DNA from: Candidatus Heimdallarchaeota archaeon
GTDB lineage: Archaea; Asgardarchaeota; Heimdallarchaeia; Heimdallarchaeales; Heimdallarchaeaceae
NCBI GenBank assembly: GCA_016840095.1
Contig: JAEOSZ010000095.1
Location: 1-64,000, forward strand
Length of the DNA: 64,000 nucleotides
Reading direction: 5' to 3'
In this document: positions 1 through 10,263 of the stretch, in pieces
How positions within the stretch are numbered: position 1 is the stretch's first letter
Layout of the letters: each line of letters opens with the position of its first letter
Notes under the pieces: generated by a model
What the model was told of the DNA's origin: nothing
Databases searched by the model: none
What the model saw: only the letters and a program-made list of their open reading frames with translations
Position numbers and translations under genes: made by a program

Positions 1-1
1 A

Positions 2-637
2 AATTATTATCTTCAAGATATACTCTACTTATCAGTTTCTATTGCAGGAATTATACTGTTGGTAAGACCCATAGCTCAAGCAATACTATCTCCAATAGGT
101 GGTAGGTTATCTGATAAAATAGAACATAGAACTATAACGACTATTGGGATTGCTACAGGTTTAGTTGGGTTAACAATGCTAGCTTTTGTAAATCAGAACA
201 CACATATTATCTTAGTAATTTTTGGTCTTATTTTCGGTGGGATAGGCTTTGGACTGTTTTCATCACCAAATGCAAATTCTATTATGAGTTCTGTACCTAA
301 GAAAATGTATGGAATGGCATCAGCATTAGTAGGAACCATGAGAACTGTTGGTCAATCAATTAGTTTAGGTTTTGCAACGCTCATGTTTTCTGTGATTTTA
401 GGACCAGAAATCTCTTCAACAAGTCTGCAATTAAAAACAGAACTTCTTAATCCACATATACCCTTGAATATATCAATTGCACAACATACTCCTCTCTTAT
501 TATTGAGTATCAGGATTGCATTTTTTGTGTCGTTAGGAATGTGTGTAATAGCTCTCTTTGCTTCTTATTTGAGAGGTAAGATTAATTTTAGAAATAATAA
601 CTTTTTGAGCCAGACTGAAGATTCTGCACCGAACTAA
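2..637 (+). CDS. MFS transporter (EmrB/QacA DHA2-like), C-terminal part; 5' truncated by window edge
   Basis: Frame is open from base 2 (NYYLQDIL...). MFS motif A-like GGRLSDKIEHR, GFGLFSSPN..IMSSVP..G.ASA...TMRTVGQSI, multiple TM helices. Confidence 0.85.
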   Translation, partial: NYYLQDILYLSVSIAGIILLVRPIAQAILSPIGGRLSDKIEHRTITTIGIATGLVGLTMLAFVNQNTHIILVIFGLIFGGIGFGLFSSPNANSIMSSVPKKMYGMASALVGTMRTVGQSISLGFATLMFSVILGPEISSTSLQLKTELLNPHIPLNISIAQHTPLLLLSIRIAFFVSLGMCVIALFASYLRGKINFRNNNFLSQTEDSAPN

Positions 638-2067
638 ATGGGAGGTCCTTTTTCTAGTTTTCTTCTGATTTGTCTTGCTACTTCTCCCCAACTTGATGGA
701 AAAGGTTTCACTTCTTTCAGAGTCAAGAATAAGAAACTTGTTACAAATCTCCCAACAGCTACAACTGCAAATGAAATGATTACTGCGAGTCTTAAAGTAT
801 CTTTTGTAACAACTTGGCCTATAATGTTGTGAGTAGATATGTTAAAAGATGTACTAACTGCTAAAATGTTGGTATTTACTAGGTAAGATAAACTTTCAGA
901 ATTCAACATCATCTCACTCATTTGTGTTAGATATCCTCCTGTTAAAGCTCCTAAGAACAAAGCAATACCTGTTAACATATTATATATACCAAAATACATT
1001 CCACCTTCTTTTTGTGGAATTATGTCCAATAAATACGCTTGTATGCTTGGTGTTCCAATAAACATGAAAAGAGCAACTATATAATGAATTAAGTAAAGAT
1101 GCCATACTTCAGTTGCAAAAATATAAGCAACAGGAAAAATAGCTAGAATTAGTTTATTAGAAAACATCAATTTAGTTCTCCCAAATCGATCACTTAGTTT
1201 TGCTCCAAATCGAATAACTATTAGAATTGTAACACTGAATGATATTGAAAGAATTGCTACTTCTAAAGCATTAGCACCTAGAACATTAACCTGGAATATG
1301 CTGAAAAGAGGCCAAGCAAATGAGAAGAAAAGAGACTGAATAACAGAGATTAAAGTGAATTTTCTAAAAGCCTGGTTTTCAAAAGCAATCTTGAAACTTT
1401 CTGTTAATTTGTGAGGAATTGGTTGTTCTTCCTTATCCAAATTTTGAAGTGGTTCTTCTACTTTTTTGAAAGGTAAAACTCCTAGGATTGAAAGTAAAAC
1501 ACCAATAAAAACAGGAATTAGAATGTAGGTATGATAATCTTCATCTTTGAATATACTAGATAATATTATCCCTGTGAGAATTGTTGCTAAAGCGCTTCCA
1601 ATTGCATCAAACCAGAATATTCTTCCAGTTAATTTTCCTCTAACTTCTCTTGGAAAAAGCTCATTTTGAAGTGCAGTCCAAGCAGGGAGTCCAAGGCTTA
1701 ACAGTAGATTAACTAAAGCTACAACAACAACAATGGTCCATGAAAAATCAGGTTTAATAAAATACAGGAAAGCATAGGGAATACCCCAAGCAATTGTTGA
1801 AATAATTATGAATGGTTTTCTTTTCTTTACGATATCGGAAAGTCTTCCGAAAAAAGGACTTAGAAATGTGCTAAGAAGGTTAGAAATACTTTGTATCCAT
1901 CCAAGCAAACCTGAACTTGCTCCCATAGTGAGAGCAATCATTGAGACAAAAGGTTGCACTAGTCCCCTAGAGGTACTCATGGCAATTGTTCGAGAATAAA
2001 GAGCAAGTTTCTCACTTTTCTTAATATCTCGAGTCTTATGTTTGTCTAGAAAAACCTTATCACTCAT
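634..2067 (-). CDS. MFS transporter
   Basis: About 12 TM helices. Motifs GRLSDIVKKRK and AKLSDRFGR; ELFPREVRGK loop. Confidence 0.9.
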   Translation of the reverse strand: MSDKVFLDKHKTRDIKKSEKLALYSRTIAMSTSRGLVQPFVSMIALTMGASSGLLGWIQSISNLLSTFLSPFFGRLSDIVKKRKPFIIISTIAWGIPYAFLYFIKPDFSWTIVVVVALVNLLLSLGLPAWTALQNELFPREVRGKLTGRIFWFDAIGSALATILTGIILSSIFKDEDYHTYILIPVFIGVLLSILGVLPFKKVEEPLQNLDKEEQPIPHKLTESFKIAFENQAFRKFTLISVIQSLFFSFAWPLFSIFQVNVLGANALEVAILSISFSVTILIVIRFGAKLSDRFGRTKLMFSNKLILAIFPVAYIFATEVWHLYLIHYIVALFMFIGTPSIQAYLLDIIPQKEGGMYFGIYNMLTGIALFLGALTGGYLTQMSEMMLNSESLSYLVNTNILAVSTSFNISTHNIIGQVVTKDTLRLAVIISFAVVAVGRFVTSFLFLTLKEVKPFPSSWGEVARQIRRKLEKGPPI

Positions 2068-2107
2068 GTATAGACTTCGAGTTAAAAAATAGTAGAAAAA
2101 CTTTCTG

Positions 2108-2998
2108 CTATGCAGTAGGATGAATGAGATCTTTTATTTCATCATCTCGTTCTTTCTTGTAAAGTTTCTCTAGGGAATATCTGACATCATCATTATCAAG
2201 TAAGACTAATCTTCTTACAATTTCCCTTCTAATTTCTCTATTCACTTCTTTAAGCATATAAAGAGATAATTCAACAGCAACATCCTCATCATTTGCTTTT
2301 TGTAACAGATAAAATAGAAGAAGTTTTCTTGTTTCATTATCAGGTTTTAATTTGAGCAAATGGAAAAATGTATCTTGGATATTCTTATCATCAATTTGAT
2401 CACTTAAAGATCGAATCATCCATAATTTAACTCGTTTAAACCTTTCGAAGTATTTTAGCTTTTTAATGAAAATTTCTTGAACTTCTGAATCGTGCACCAT
2501 GGTTCTTAATCCCCAAACTGCCCATAACCTAACTTTTGGAGAACTATCATCAAGTTTCTGAATTAATAATCTCTTAATATCTGGTACTTCTACTCTATCG
2601 GCAAGCAAGGAAACAGCTTTTGCCCTACAAAGTGCATAAGAATCTCTAGTTGCTATTTCTTTTAGTAATTCTTCTAATAAACCATTAGGAAGGAGTGCAG
2701 CTACTTTATCAATTATTCCAATCTTATCCTTGTTTTTGCTTGAGCTATTATAGTCATAAATAATCTCTTGAATTTCCTTTGAAGAAGTTACCTCTAGAAT
2801 TTCCTTTTCTACTACATCTTCCGATTGTATAATTTTTGATTCAACCGTTTTGTAAGAGTCGAAGATATCTGTGTCTTTGATGTCTAAATCTTTCTTTTCA
2901 TAATCACTAGATTTGAAAAATTCTTCAGAATTAGTATCTAATTCCTCAACAATGATATCTATTTCTTCCTCTTCAGAATCTAGATTTGGTGAAGTCAA
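2108..2998 (-). CDS. HEAT-repeat protein with acidic N-terminus
   Basis: Repeated L.D.SP.VR..AV..L-type units (LDDSSPKVRLWAVWGL, EVNREIRREIVRRL, ERDDEIK). Confidence 0.7.
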   Translation of the reverse strand: MTSPNLDSEEEEIDIIVEELDTNSEEFFKSSDYEKKDLDIKDTDIFDSYKTVESKIIQSEDVVEKEILEVTSSKEIQEIIYDYNSSSKNKDKIGIIDKVAALLPNGLLEELLKEIATRDSYALCRAKAVSLLADRVEVPDIKRLLIQKLDDSSPKVRLWAVWGLRTMVHDSEVQEIFIKKLKYFERFKRVKLWMIRSLSDQIDDKNIQDTFFHLLKLKPDNETRKLLLFYLLQKANDEDVAVELSLYMLKEVNREIRREIVRRLVLLDNDDVRYSLEKLYKKERDDEIKDLIHPTA

Positions 2999-3086
2999 TT
3001 TATTTCATGAAACAAATAACTCGGTGATTAAAAAAGCTATCATTATATGACGAAGAGCTTAAAAAATAGAGGAGAATAAGCAATTC

Positions 3087-3728
3087 ATGAGTGAATTTGA
3101 GATAATATCCAAAGAAACTGGACCAATAAAAACTAACTGTTATCTTCTTTATGATAAAGAAAGAAAGGAAGCAGCTTTGATTGATGTTGGAGGAGAAATC
3201 AAAGAACTTCTAGATATCATTGAACAAGAGGATTTAGTAGTTAAGTACATCTTTTGTACTCACCTGCATTTTGATCATGTTCTAGAAGTAGGTGAAATCA
3301 GAGAGGTTTTTCCTAATGCAAAATTAGTTTATCATAAAGCTGAAGAAAAAACACTCCGCAGTTTAGGACCATTCGCAAGAATGTTTGGCTTTAAACCGGG
3401 AACACTTGGAGAATGTGATATTTATGCAAAAGATGGAGAAAAATTCAAAATTGGTTATATAGAGATTAAAACCATCTTGTCACCAGGGCATACAAAGGGA
3501 AGTCTCTGTTATTATTTCAAAGGACATTTATTTTCAGGAGATGTACTTTTCAAAAATGGAATCGGAAGAACTGATTTACCTGGTGGAAAATATGAAATCT
3601 TACTCAATTCAATAAAGAATTTATACAATTTACCAGATGAAACACAAGTTTATCCAGGACATGGACCCACAACAACAATTGGTGAAGAAAAAGTTGGAAA
3701 TCCCTTTATTTCTGTTGAGGATTTCTAA
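3087..3728 (+). CDS. MBL-fold metallo-hydrolase (glyoxalase II/YcbL-like)
   Basis: THLHFDH, PGHTKGS, FSGDVLF..GIGRTDLPGG, YPGHGP motifs. Confidence 0.92.
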   Translation: MSEFEIISKETGPIKTNCYLLYDKERKEAALIDVGGEIKELLDIIEQEDLVVKYIFCTHLHFDHVLEVGEIREVFPNAKLVYHKAEEKTLRSLGPFARMFGFKPGTLGECDIYAKDGEKFKIGYIEIKTILSPGHTKGSLCYYFKGHLFSGDVLFKNGIGRTDLPGGKYEILLNSIKNLYNLPDETQVYPGHGPTTTIGEEKVGNPFISVEDF

Positions 3729-3731
3729 AAT

Positions 3732-4388
3732 TTACATGCTAATCAATTCTTCAAGAAATTTTTGAATTTCTACAAAGTTTGAAAATTCTATTAAGCGAGA
3801 ATCTGATTTTAGTTTCAATGCTAAATCTTCATTCTTTCTAGCGAATATGTAGTCTGCTAGTTCTCTAGCTGGTAAGATATCTGACAGACCATCACCAATA
3901 TAAACTACCTTGTCGAAGTTATCCTTGATGTTTAATACATGAGAATGTTTACAATTTGCACAATCATGTTCACAGCTATTAGTTTGGAATCTCAGACTAA
4001 TTTTATTATTTATTAACCTCATATCATTGGATTTGATTTCAATTTCAGATGACTTAATGCTGTGTTTTTCAAGAATCCTCTTGATATAGTTTTTGAATCC
4101 ATCAGAGAGAATAACGAAGTATATATTATTCTTCAAGATCCAATTGTAGAAATCAATGAAAGTTGGATCAATCTCTATAGTATCTACAATTGAAAATATC
4201 TCTTCCATAGTTGTATGTTCGATCATTCCCCATTGTTCTATCAATGCTGCTCTGGTTCCAATTTCTCCTTTAATAACTAATTGGTCAATAGATCGCCAGT
4301 CTTTATCTGTTAATGAGTCAAGTAATTCCTTTCCTGTATCGGTTAAAGTAATGGTTCCATCAAAATCGCAACATATAGCTAGGCTCAT
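3732..4388 (-). CDS. HAD-IB phosphatase, MtnX-like
   Basis: DFDGTIT motif I, LSDG motif II, GDGLSD motif IV, Cys cluster CEHDCANCK. Start moved to ATG 4388 (MSLAICCDFDGT); the track start is 4406. Confidence 0.85.
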   Translation of the reverse strand: MSLAICCDFDGTITLTDTGKELLDSLTDKDWRSIDQLVIKGEIGTRAALIEQWGMIEHTTMEEIFSIVDTIEIDPTFIDFYNWILKNNIYFVILSDGFKNYIKRILEKHSIKSSEIEIKSNDMRLINNKISLRFQTNSCEHDCANCKHSHVLNIKDNFDKVVYIGDGLSDILPARELADYIFARKNEDLALKLKSDSRLIEFSNFVEIQKFLEELISM

Positions 4389-4490
4389 TAGGCATATTTC
4401 CATCAAGGAACAGAAAAATCTTCCTATATCTAGCTAGAATATGCTATTTGGTTAGCTATATATATGTTAAAGCTATGAATTTGCATAAGG

Positions 4491-5867
4491 GTGAAACTAA
4501 TCGAAACTCTTGATTCACTTATTGACACTGCTATAAAGCAAGGTACTTCGTATACAGATATACGCTATGGTAAAGAAGTCAAAAAGAACATAATTGCTCA
4601 GAATGGAAAAATTGTAAATGAGAGCAATTGCATAAATTCTGGCTATGGAATTAGGATGCTCTCGGAAGGGATTGTTACTTTCACTTCAACTCCAAGAATT
4701 TCCTTAGCAGAGAAAGAAATCAAGAAAGCAATTAGTGTATCAAAATTATTAACTAACTGGAAAAAAGGCATTTCAGAACTAGTAGAAGCCCCAGTCACTG
4801 ATTCATCAGTTACAAAGAAACCTAAAATAGATTGGTTAGATTTAGCAAATGAGGAATTTGAAGAAAAAATAAGTGATTTGGATCACTTTATCAATGAATT
4901 TCTTAAAGTAGAATGCAATATCGAAACCGATATCCAACTGATAAAATGGTCAGAGAATTTTGGAAATTCTGAGGGGACAAAGATTTACCAGGAATATCCT
5001 TATGTAATTCTCACTTTAACTGGGAGATTGTCTAAGAATGGAAACCAAATCAAATACTACAAGTCTTATGGAGGTATGGGTGGGCTCGAAATTCTTCCTT
5101 TTGATAAAATGGAAGAAACTTTAGATTTTATTGAAGTAATTAATAATCTGCCTGAAGCAAGAAGTGTGAATCAAGGAATCTATAACTCAGTACTTAGTGA
5201 AGATATGGCTTGGACATTGAATCATGAGGTATTTGGTCATTCTTTAGAAGCTGATAATGTCCTATCTGGTCGTTCCTTTAGCAGCGGTTTGCTAGGTATG
5301 AAAGTTGCACCTTCAGTTGTTAGTGTTATTGATGATCCCTATATTGAATCATTAGGATATTATGAGTACGATTCTGAAGGAGTTAAAGGAAGAGGGAATC
5401 TCCTTGTTGATGAAGGAATACTTACTGATTTCCTCCATAGTAGATTATCTGCTGCTGCTATGGGAACAGAATCCTCTTCAAATTATAGGGCAAGCAATTT
5501 TGAATTTTTACCACAAGTTAGAATGAGTAATTTCTTCTTTGAACCTAAGGATTTCTCTGAGGAAGAATTGTTCGAACATGTTCAGAATGGACTTTACATA
5601 GGAGATGGCTTAGGGGGTTCATCAGAACCTCAAACAGGAGAATACAACTTAGATGCTCAATTTGGAAGAGTAATTAAAAATGGAGAACTTGGTGATTACA
5701 TACTTCAGTTTCAAGTAAGTGGAAGTATGCTAGATACTCTTTCAAAAATAGAACTGATAAGCGATAAAATGATAGCACAACCTGGTAGTTGTGTTAAGAA
5801 TAATCAACGAGTTTTTGTTGGTTCTATTGGTCCGAAAATTACAATTTCAGAGGTGAGAGTGAGCTAA
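4491..5867 (+). CDS. tldD: TldD-family metalloprotease
   Basis: HEVFGHSLEAD (HExxxH), YDSEGV, RMSN and C-terminal GSCVK. Confidence 0.9.
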   Translation: MKLIETLDSLIDTAIKQGTSYTDIRYGKEVKKNIIAQNGKIVNESNCINSGYGIRMLSEGIVTFTSTPRISLAEKEIKKAISVSKLLTNWKKGISELVEAPVTDSSVTKKPKIDWLDLANEEFEEKISDLDHFINEFLKVECNIETDIQLIKWSENFGNSEGTKIYQEYPYVILTLTGRLSKNGNQIKYYKSYGGMGGLEILPFDKMEETLDFIEVINNLPEARSVNQGIYNSVLSEDMAWTLNHEVFGHSLEADNVLSGRSFSSGLLGMKVAPSVVSVIDDPYIESLGYYEYDSEGVKGRGNLLVDEGILTDFLHSRLSAAAMGTESSSNYRASNFEFLPQVRMSNFFFEPKDFSEEELFEHVQNGLYIGDGLGGSSEPQTGEYNLDAQFGRVIKNGELGDYILQFQVSGSMLDTLSKIELISDKMIAQPGSCVKNNQRVFVGSIGPKITISEVRVS

Positions 5868-7222
5868 TGTACACTGATGAAGAACTTAAGGAATTAAGCA
5901 CCAAAGTGTTGCTTAAACTCGAACAGAAATTTAATTTCAAGGAAGCTGAAGTATATGTTCAATCACTAGCTCATATGATGGGAGGAAATGAGTATAGGAC
6001 ACCTAAAGTATTTCAATCGATAAACAGAGAAGGGTGTGCAATTCGTTTCTTTAGTGATAATAAACTCTATTTTGCATGCTTTCCGCTTAAATCAGTTCTA
6101 TCTGATATAGAGAAAATTAAATCCATTGTTTCCTTTCCAATAGAATCTCACAAATTTGAGTTTCCTGAGATTAAGAAATCTCAAGTTGAAATCGATAAGA
6201 TTTATGACAAAAGAATTGCTGCAATGACAGAAGAAGAAATCTATTCATTATCCTATTCTATGAGTGATTTGGAGAACAAAATGAAAGATATCATTTTGGA
6301 TGGTTCAATTAGATTCTCCTTAGAAAGAAAAGTAATAGCTAACTCAACTCAATCAATTGCTTTCGAGAAGAGTACATGGAGTGATATTGATTTAAGAGCA
6401 ATCTATCGTGGCTTCAACTTAATATCTAGTTCTGAGAAGCATCTAACAAGTCGTCAAATTCCTAGTTCTGTAACCAGTATTGTAGAAGATTTGGTACAAG
6501 AAACTATTCAAAGGTCAACTCTAGATGAAAAAGCTATTAATCCAGAAGTTCCTGTAATCTTCTCTCCAATGGCATTATCACAGATTTTCTCTTTTACAGT
6601 TATTCCACACTTAAGAGATTGTTCTTCCAAAAAATTAGTTGGACAAGAATTTTCAGCTGATTTTAATCTAATTGATGATGGCACTGTTCCAGGACTCCCA
6701 AATTCAACAGCGTTTGATGATGAAGGTATTAGTCAGTCTCGAACATTGATCATAAGAAATGGAATGTTTAAAACCGCATTGAATAATATACAATCTTCAA
6801 ATAATCAAGTTGAAAAAACAGGTAATTCCTTCAGGGTGAAAATGTTTGAGGTATTTCCAAGAAACTTTCAAGCCTATCCAGAGATTTATCCTTCTAACTT
6901 ACTCATCAGTGAAGGTACTTCATCTCTTGAGAGTGTATTTGAGGAAACTAAAGAATGTATCTTGATCAATTCAACCCAAGGATATATGACAGCTGATCAT
7001 CATTCGGGAACTTTCAAGATTTCAGCAAATGATGCATATAGAATAGAAAACGGAACAATAAGTGGAGCATTACCAACTTTTGATGTGATAGGAAATATGT
7101 TTGAAATTCTTTCTAAAGAACCTTTATTCATCAAAGAAAGAAAAGTAGTAAGACCAACAAATACACCGTTCAGTATTCTTGCACCATATCTTTCTACAAA
7201 TATTGTTGAACTATTTCTGTAA
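5867..7222 (+). CDS. pmbA: PmbA/TldE partner subunit
   Basis: PVIFSP, FDDEG..., TGNS; lacks HExxxH. Overlaps the tldD stop (TAATG). Confidence 0.85.
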   Translation: MYTDEELKELSTKVLLKLEQKFNFKEAEVYVQSLAHMMGGNEYRTPKVFQSINREGCAIRFFSDNKLYFACFPLKSVLSDIEKIKSIVSFPIESHKFEFPEIKKSQVEIDKIYDKRIAAMTEEEIYSLSYSMSDLENKMKDIILDGSIRFSLERKVIANSTQSIAFEKSTWSDIDLRAIYRGFNLISSSEKHLTSRQIPSSVTSIVEDLVQETIQRSTLDEKAINPEVPVIFSPMALSQIFSFTVIPHLRDCSSKKLVGQEFSADFNLIDDGTVPGLPNSTAFDDEGISQSRTLIIRNGMFKTALNNIQSSNNQVEKTGNSFRVKMFEVFPRNFQAYPEIYPSNLLISEGTSSLESVFEETKECILINSTQGYMTADHHSGTFKISANDAYRIENGTISGALPTFDVIGNMFEILSKEPLFIKERKVVRPTNTPFSILAPYLSTNIVELFL

Positions 7223-7325
7223 GTGATTCTAGATTTATTGATAAAATCAAGTTCGAAAAAGTTTAAAAATGCGGATGATTTCCGAAACCTAATAAGAATA
7301 GCCTAATTAATCGGTGATTTCATTC

Positions 7326-8807
7326 ATGAAAAAAAGAACTATCATACCTTTGGTACTATTAACTCTAATGTTTAGTATGAGTTTAACAACAATTACTAAA
7401 AGTCAACCAAACGATTTTCAAGACTCGCTCCCAAAAATATCTGCGACATTACCTGTATTCCAAGGAACAGATGGCAACGCTACTTTGGTTTATGCACAGA
7501 ATATTCCCCAACGTCGTGGAGCAATTTATACAACTTTATTGTATAATAATGTAACAATATGGTATTCATATGCAGGAGGAGATAACTCATCAGCTCCGCT
7601 ATTATTCGGTGATGATGGTTTAGGAAATCTTGATTGGGATATTGGAGAATTGATGACTTATGATGATGAGAGAACTACTTTAGAGAGTGATGGTTCTGCT
7701 TATTATAATTATACATTTTTTGTTCAATCAAATTTCATTAAATTCGTTGTAAGATATGGATATTATGAAAATGAATACAAAGTCCCCCATTTAATAACAA
7801 TAGGACCATATATATTCTCGGAAAGCTATCCTATTACTTTTACACAACTCACTGATATTGAATTCAATGTAACAATGGATGATTTTAATATAACTGAATA
7901 CGGTTTAAGGTATCGGGAAGTAACTCCAGATCACGATTCTGAGTTTCAAAATGTGACAATTCCTTTAGTTGCTAATGGCTTAACAAGAACCAGTTATAAT
8001 GCATCATTTGCACATCTGTTTGAAGCTGGAACACAAATTGAAGTAAGAAGTTTCATGGTTCATTTTGATAATATGACACTAATAGATAGGATTCTGGAAG
8101 AGTGTACAGCCCATTTAGTAGCAATTGTTGATGCTTCTCCTCAATTATCTATAACTGCAGATTCATTTGTAAATGATCTAAATTTTAGCTTATTATATTC
8201 TGCTTCAGCTCCTTTTTCAAACATAACATCAGTAGATATTGACTGGGATGACTTATCAGGAATACAAACAATAGTAAATGATTCTTTTGAAGTGGTTTAT
8301 CATCTCTATGATAGCACTGGAGAGTACAATATCTCCATAACAGCTTATTCTGACATTTTATCTGTAACTAAAAACTTCTTAGTCTTAATTGAACAAGAAG
8401 CTCCTACTGGAATCATCAAAGTATTGGTTGATGGTAATTTAGTTCAACCATCCATTGGAGAATTAGTTCCTATTGAAGTTGATATTAAAAGTGCGACTTT
8501 TCAAGTTTCTGCAAACGATACTGGAGGAAGTGGTGTTTGGAAAATTACTGTAGAAACAGACGAAGGAAACTTAGCCACTCTAGAAGGTGATAATGGTGAG
8601 ATTACTTTGTTGTTCTTAGAATATGGAGAACATGATATCTTAATGACTGTTTATGATAATTCTGAAAACACATACACATTTACATTCTCAGTAGATTTAA
8701 TACCAGTTAGTATGAGAACTGATAACCCAGTACCTTTCCCATTTGGTATAACTACTATAGTTGGTTTAGTTGCAATAGCTGCAATTTACTTAAAAAAGAA
8801 GAAATAA
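7326..8807 (+). CDS. Secreted/cell-surface protein with PKD/Ig-like domains and C-terminal TM anchor
   Basis: Signal peptide MKKRTIIPLVLL; PKD-like IDWDD...YHLYDSTGEYNISITA; many N-x-S/T sequons; ends PVPFPFG-TM-KKKK. ATG 7326 preferred over GTG 7314. Confidence 0.75.
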   Translation: MKKRTIIPLVLLTLMFSMSLTTITKSQPNDFQDSLPKISATLPVFQGTDGNATLVYAQNIPQRRGAIYTTLLYNNVTIWYSYAGGDNSSAPLLFGDDGLGNLDWDIGELMTYDDERTTLESDGSAYYNYTFFVQSNFIKFVVRYGYYENEYKVPHLITIGPYIFSESYPITFTQLTDIEFNVTMDDFNITEYGLRYREVTPDHDSEFQNVTIPLVANGLTRTSYNASFAHLFEAGTQIEVRSFMVHFDNMTLIDRILEECTAHLVAIVDASPQLSITADSFVNDLNFSLLYSASAPFSNITSVDIDWDDLSGIQTIVNDSFEVVYHLYDSTGEYNISITAYSDILSVTKNFLVLIEQEAPTGIIKVLVDGNLVQPSIGELVPIEVDIKSATFQVSANDTGGSGVWKITVETDEGNLATLEGDNGEITLLFLEYGEHDILMTVYDNSENTYTFTFSVDLIPVSMRTDNPVPFPFGITTIVGLVAIAAIYLKKKK

Positions 8808-8906
8808 CAGTTTTTTCTTCTTATATTCTGTTTTTTCTTAATTCACTCATACTAACTAATTAATTTTCATGACTAAAAATGAAAAAATGAAAAAAAGAAA
8901 AAGAAT

Positions 8907-9293
8907 TTAATCTTTCCAAGCTGTTGCTGATATTTCAACATCAACATCTAGTGGTAATCTCTGAGCTTCAAATGCAACTCTAGCTGGAGGACTGTCACCA
9001 AAATACTTAGCAAAAATCTCATTCATATCAGAAAATTCATTCATGTCTTTGAGATAGACTCTACATCTGACAACATCTTGTAGAGTATAACCTGCTTCTT
9101 CAACAATAGCTTTGATATTTTCACAAACCTGCTTTGTAGCAACTTTGATATCACCACGGTAGATTTCACCTGTTTCAGCATTTGCTGGTATCTGACCTGC
9201 TACGTAAAGGAAATTTCCTGCTTCAACAGCTTGAGAATAAGGTCCCACTGGAGCAGGAGCTTTATCTGTTAAAATTATCTTCTTGGGAGACAT
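8907..9293 (-). CDS. ridA: RidA/YjgF enamine-imine deaminase
   Basis: [26 protein letters not shown]. Confidence 0.93.
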   Translation of the reverse strand: MSPKKIILTDKAPAPVGPYSQAVEAGNFLYVAGQIPANAETGEIYRGDIKVATKQVCENIKAIVEEAGYTLQDVVRCRVYLKDMNEFSDMNEIFAKYFGDSPPARVAFEAQRLPLDVDVEISATAWKD

Positions 9294-9338
9294 GAGATAA
9301 TCTTAGTGTTTATAGAAATAAGTTTTCTTCTCTGTAGT

Positions 9339-10232
9339 TTAGCTTTCCCACAATTCTAGAATCTTAAATATTAATCCAACTCCAAAATTCAATGCTGCTT
9401 TGTTGAATAAAGTATGTCTAAATTCAACGACATCTACATATTGGGTTTTTGGTAACACAATTTGAAGTATTTCGACTACTTGATGTGGTGTTAACCCAAA
9501 GGGCTCCATTGTTGCATGTGTAGGAACATAAGCTTGATCAAATGCATCAGAATCCACACTAACATATATTCTATCAAATTTAGAAACAAATTCTGTGACT
9601 ATTTTTAGTATCTCTTTTTTATTTGAGTGAACTTCTTGAGCTGGAATATGAATTATTTCAGTTTCATCTTGAATTTTATTGTGCTCATCTATTGTTTGAG
9701 TATATGCATGCCCCCCTATGAACAACATTTGGTTTTTATTTAGTTGAAGTTTTTCTTTAAGATTAGCAAAAACAGTTCCATGAGATTGAAAAATTCCAGG
9801 AGGATATTCATCAGCAAGATCTGCATGAGCATCAAACCAAATTAAAGCTGTCTTTTCATCCCATGGAGCTTTTGAAAGAGCATCGAAGGTTATGCTGTGA
9901 TCTCCACCTAAAACTAGTAGTTTGCAGTTCTTCTTTATAGCACTATTCCAGATCTCTTGGATTTTTTCTTTTTCTTTAACTGGGTTGTAATCACCAATAT
10001 CATAATAATTTGTGTTGTTTTGAGATATGTTAAAGGTTGTTGAAATCCCACTAAACTCTAAAGATTTCTTCCTTAAGGCTTTAGGAGCTTTTCTCGAACC
10101 TCTTTTATTTGCCTTGATTCTTTCGTATGGTAATCCAAATAGAATAAGAGTGTTATTTTCCTCAAAACTATTTAAAGAGTCATAAGATTTCTTGAAGAAT
10201 CCTAAGAATGTCCTTTTCATTTTCTTCTTCAA
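9339..10232 (-). CDS. Arginase/agmatinase (ureohydrolase) family
   Basis: GGDHSIT, DAHAD, SHG, SVDSDAFD, EPFG. Confidence 0.88.
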   Translation of the reverse strand: MKKKMKRTFLGFFKKSYDSLNSFEENNTLILFGLPYERIKANKRGSRKAPKALRKKSLEFSGISTTFNISQNNTNYYDIGDYNPVKEKEKIQEIWNSAIKKNCKLLVLGGDHSITFDALSKAPWDEKTALIWFDAHADLADEYPPGIFQSHGTVFANLKEKLQLNKNQMLFIGGHAYTQTIDEHNKIQDETEIIHIPAQEVHSNKKEILKIVTEFVSKFDRIYVSVDSDAFDQAYVPTHATMEPFGLTPHQVVEILQIVLPKTQYVDVVEFRHTLFNKAALNFGVGLIFKILELWES

Positions 10233-10263
10233 ATTATTTTTAGGAAATAAAATTATTTTGTTA

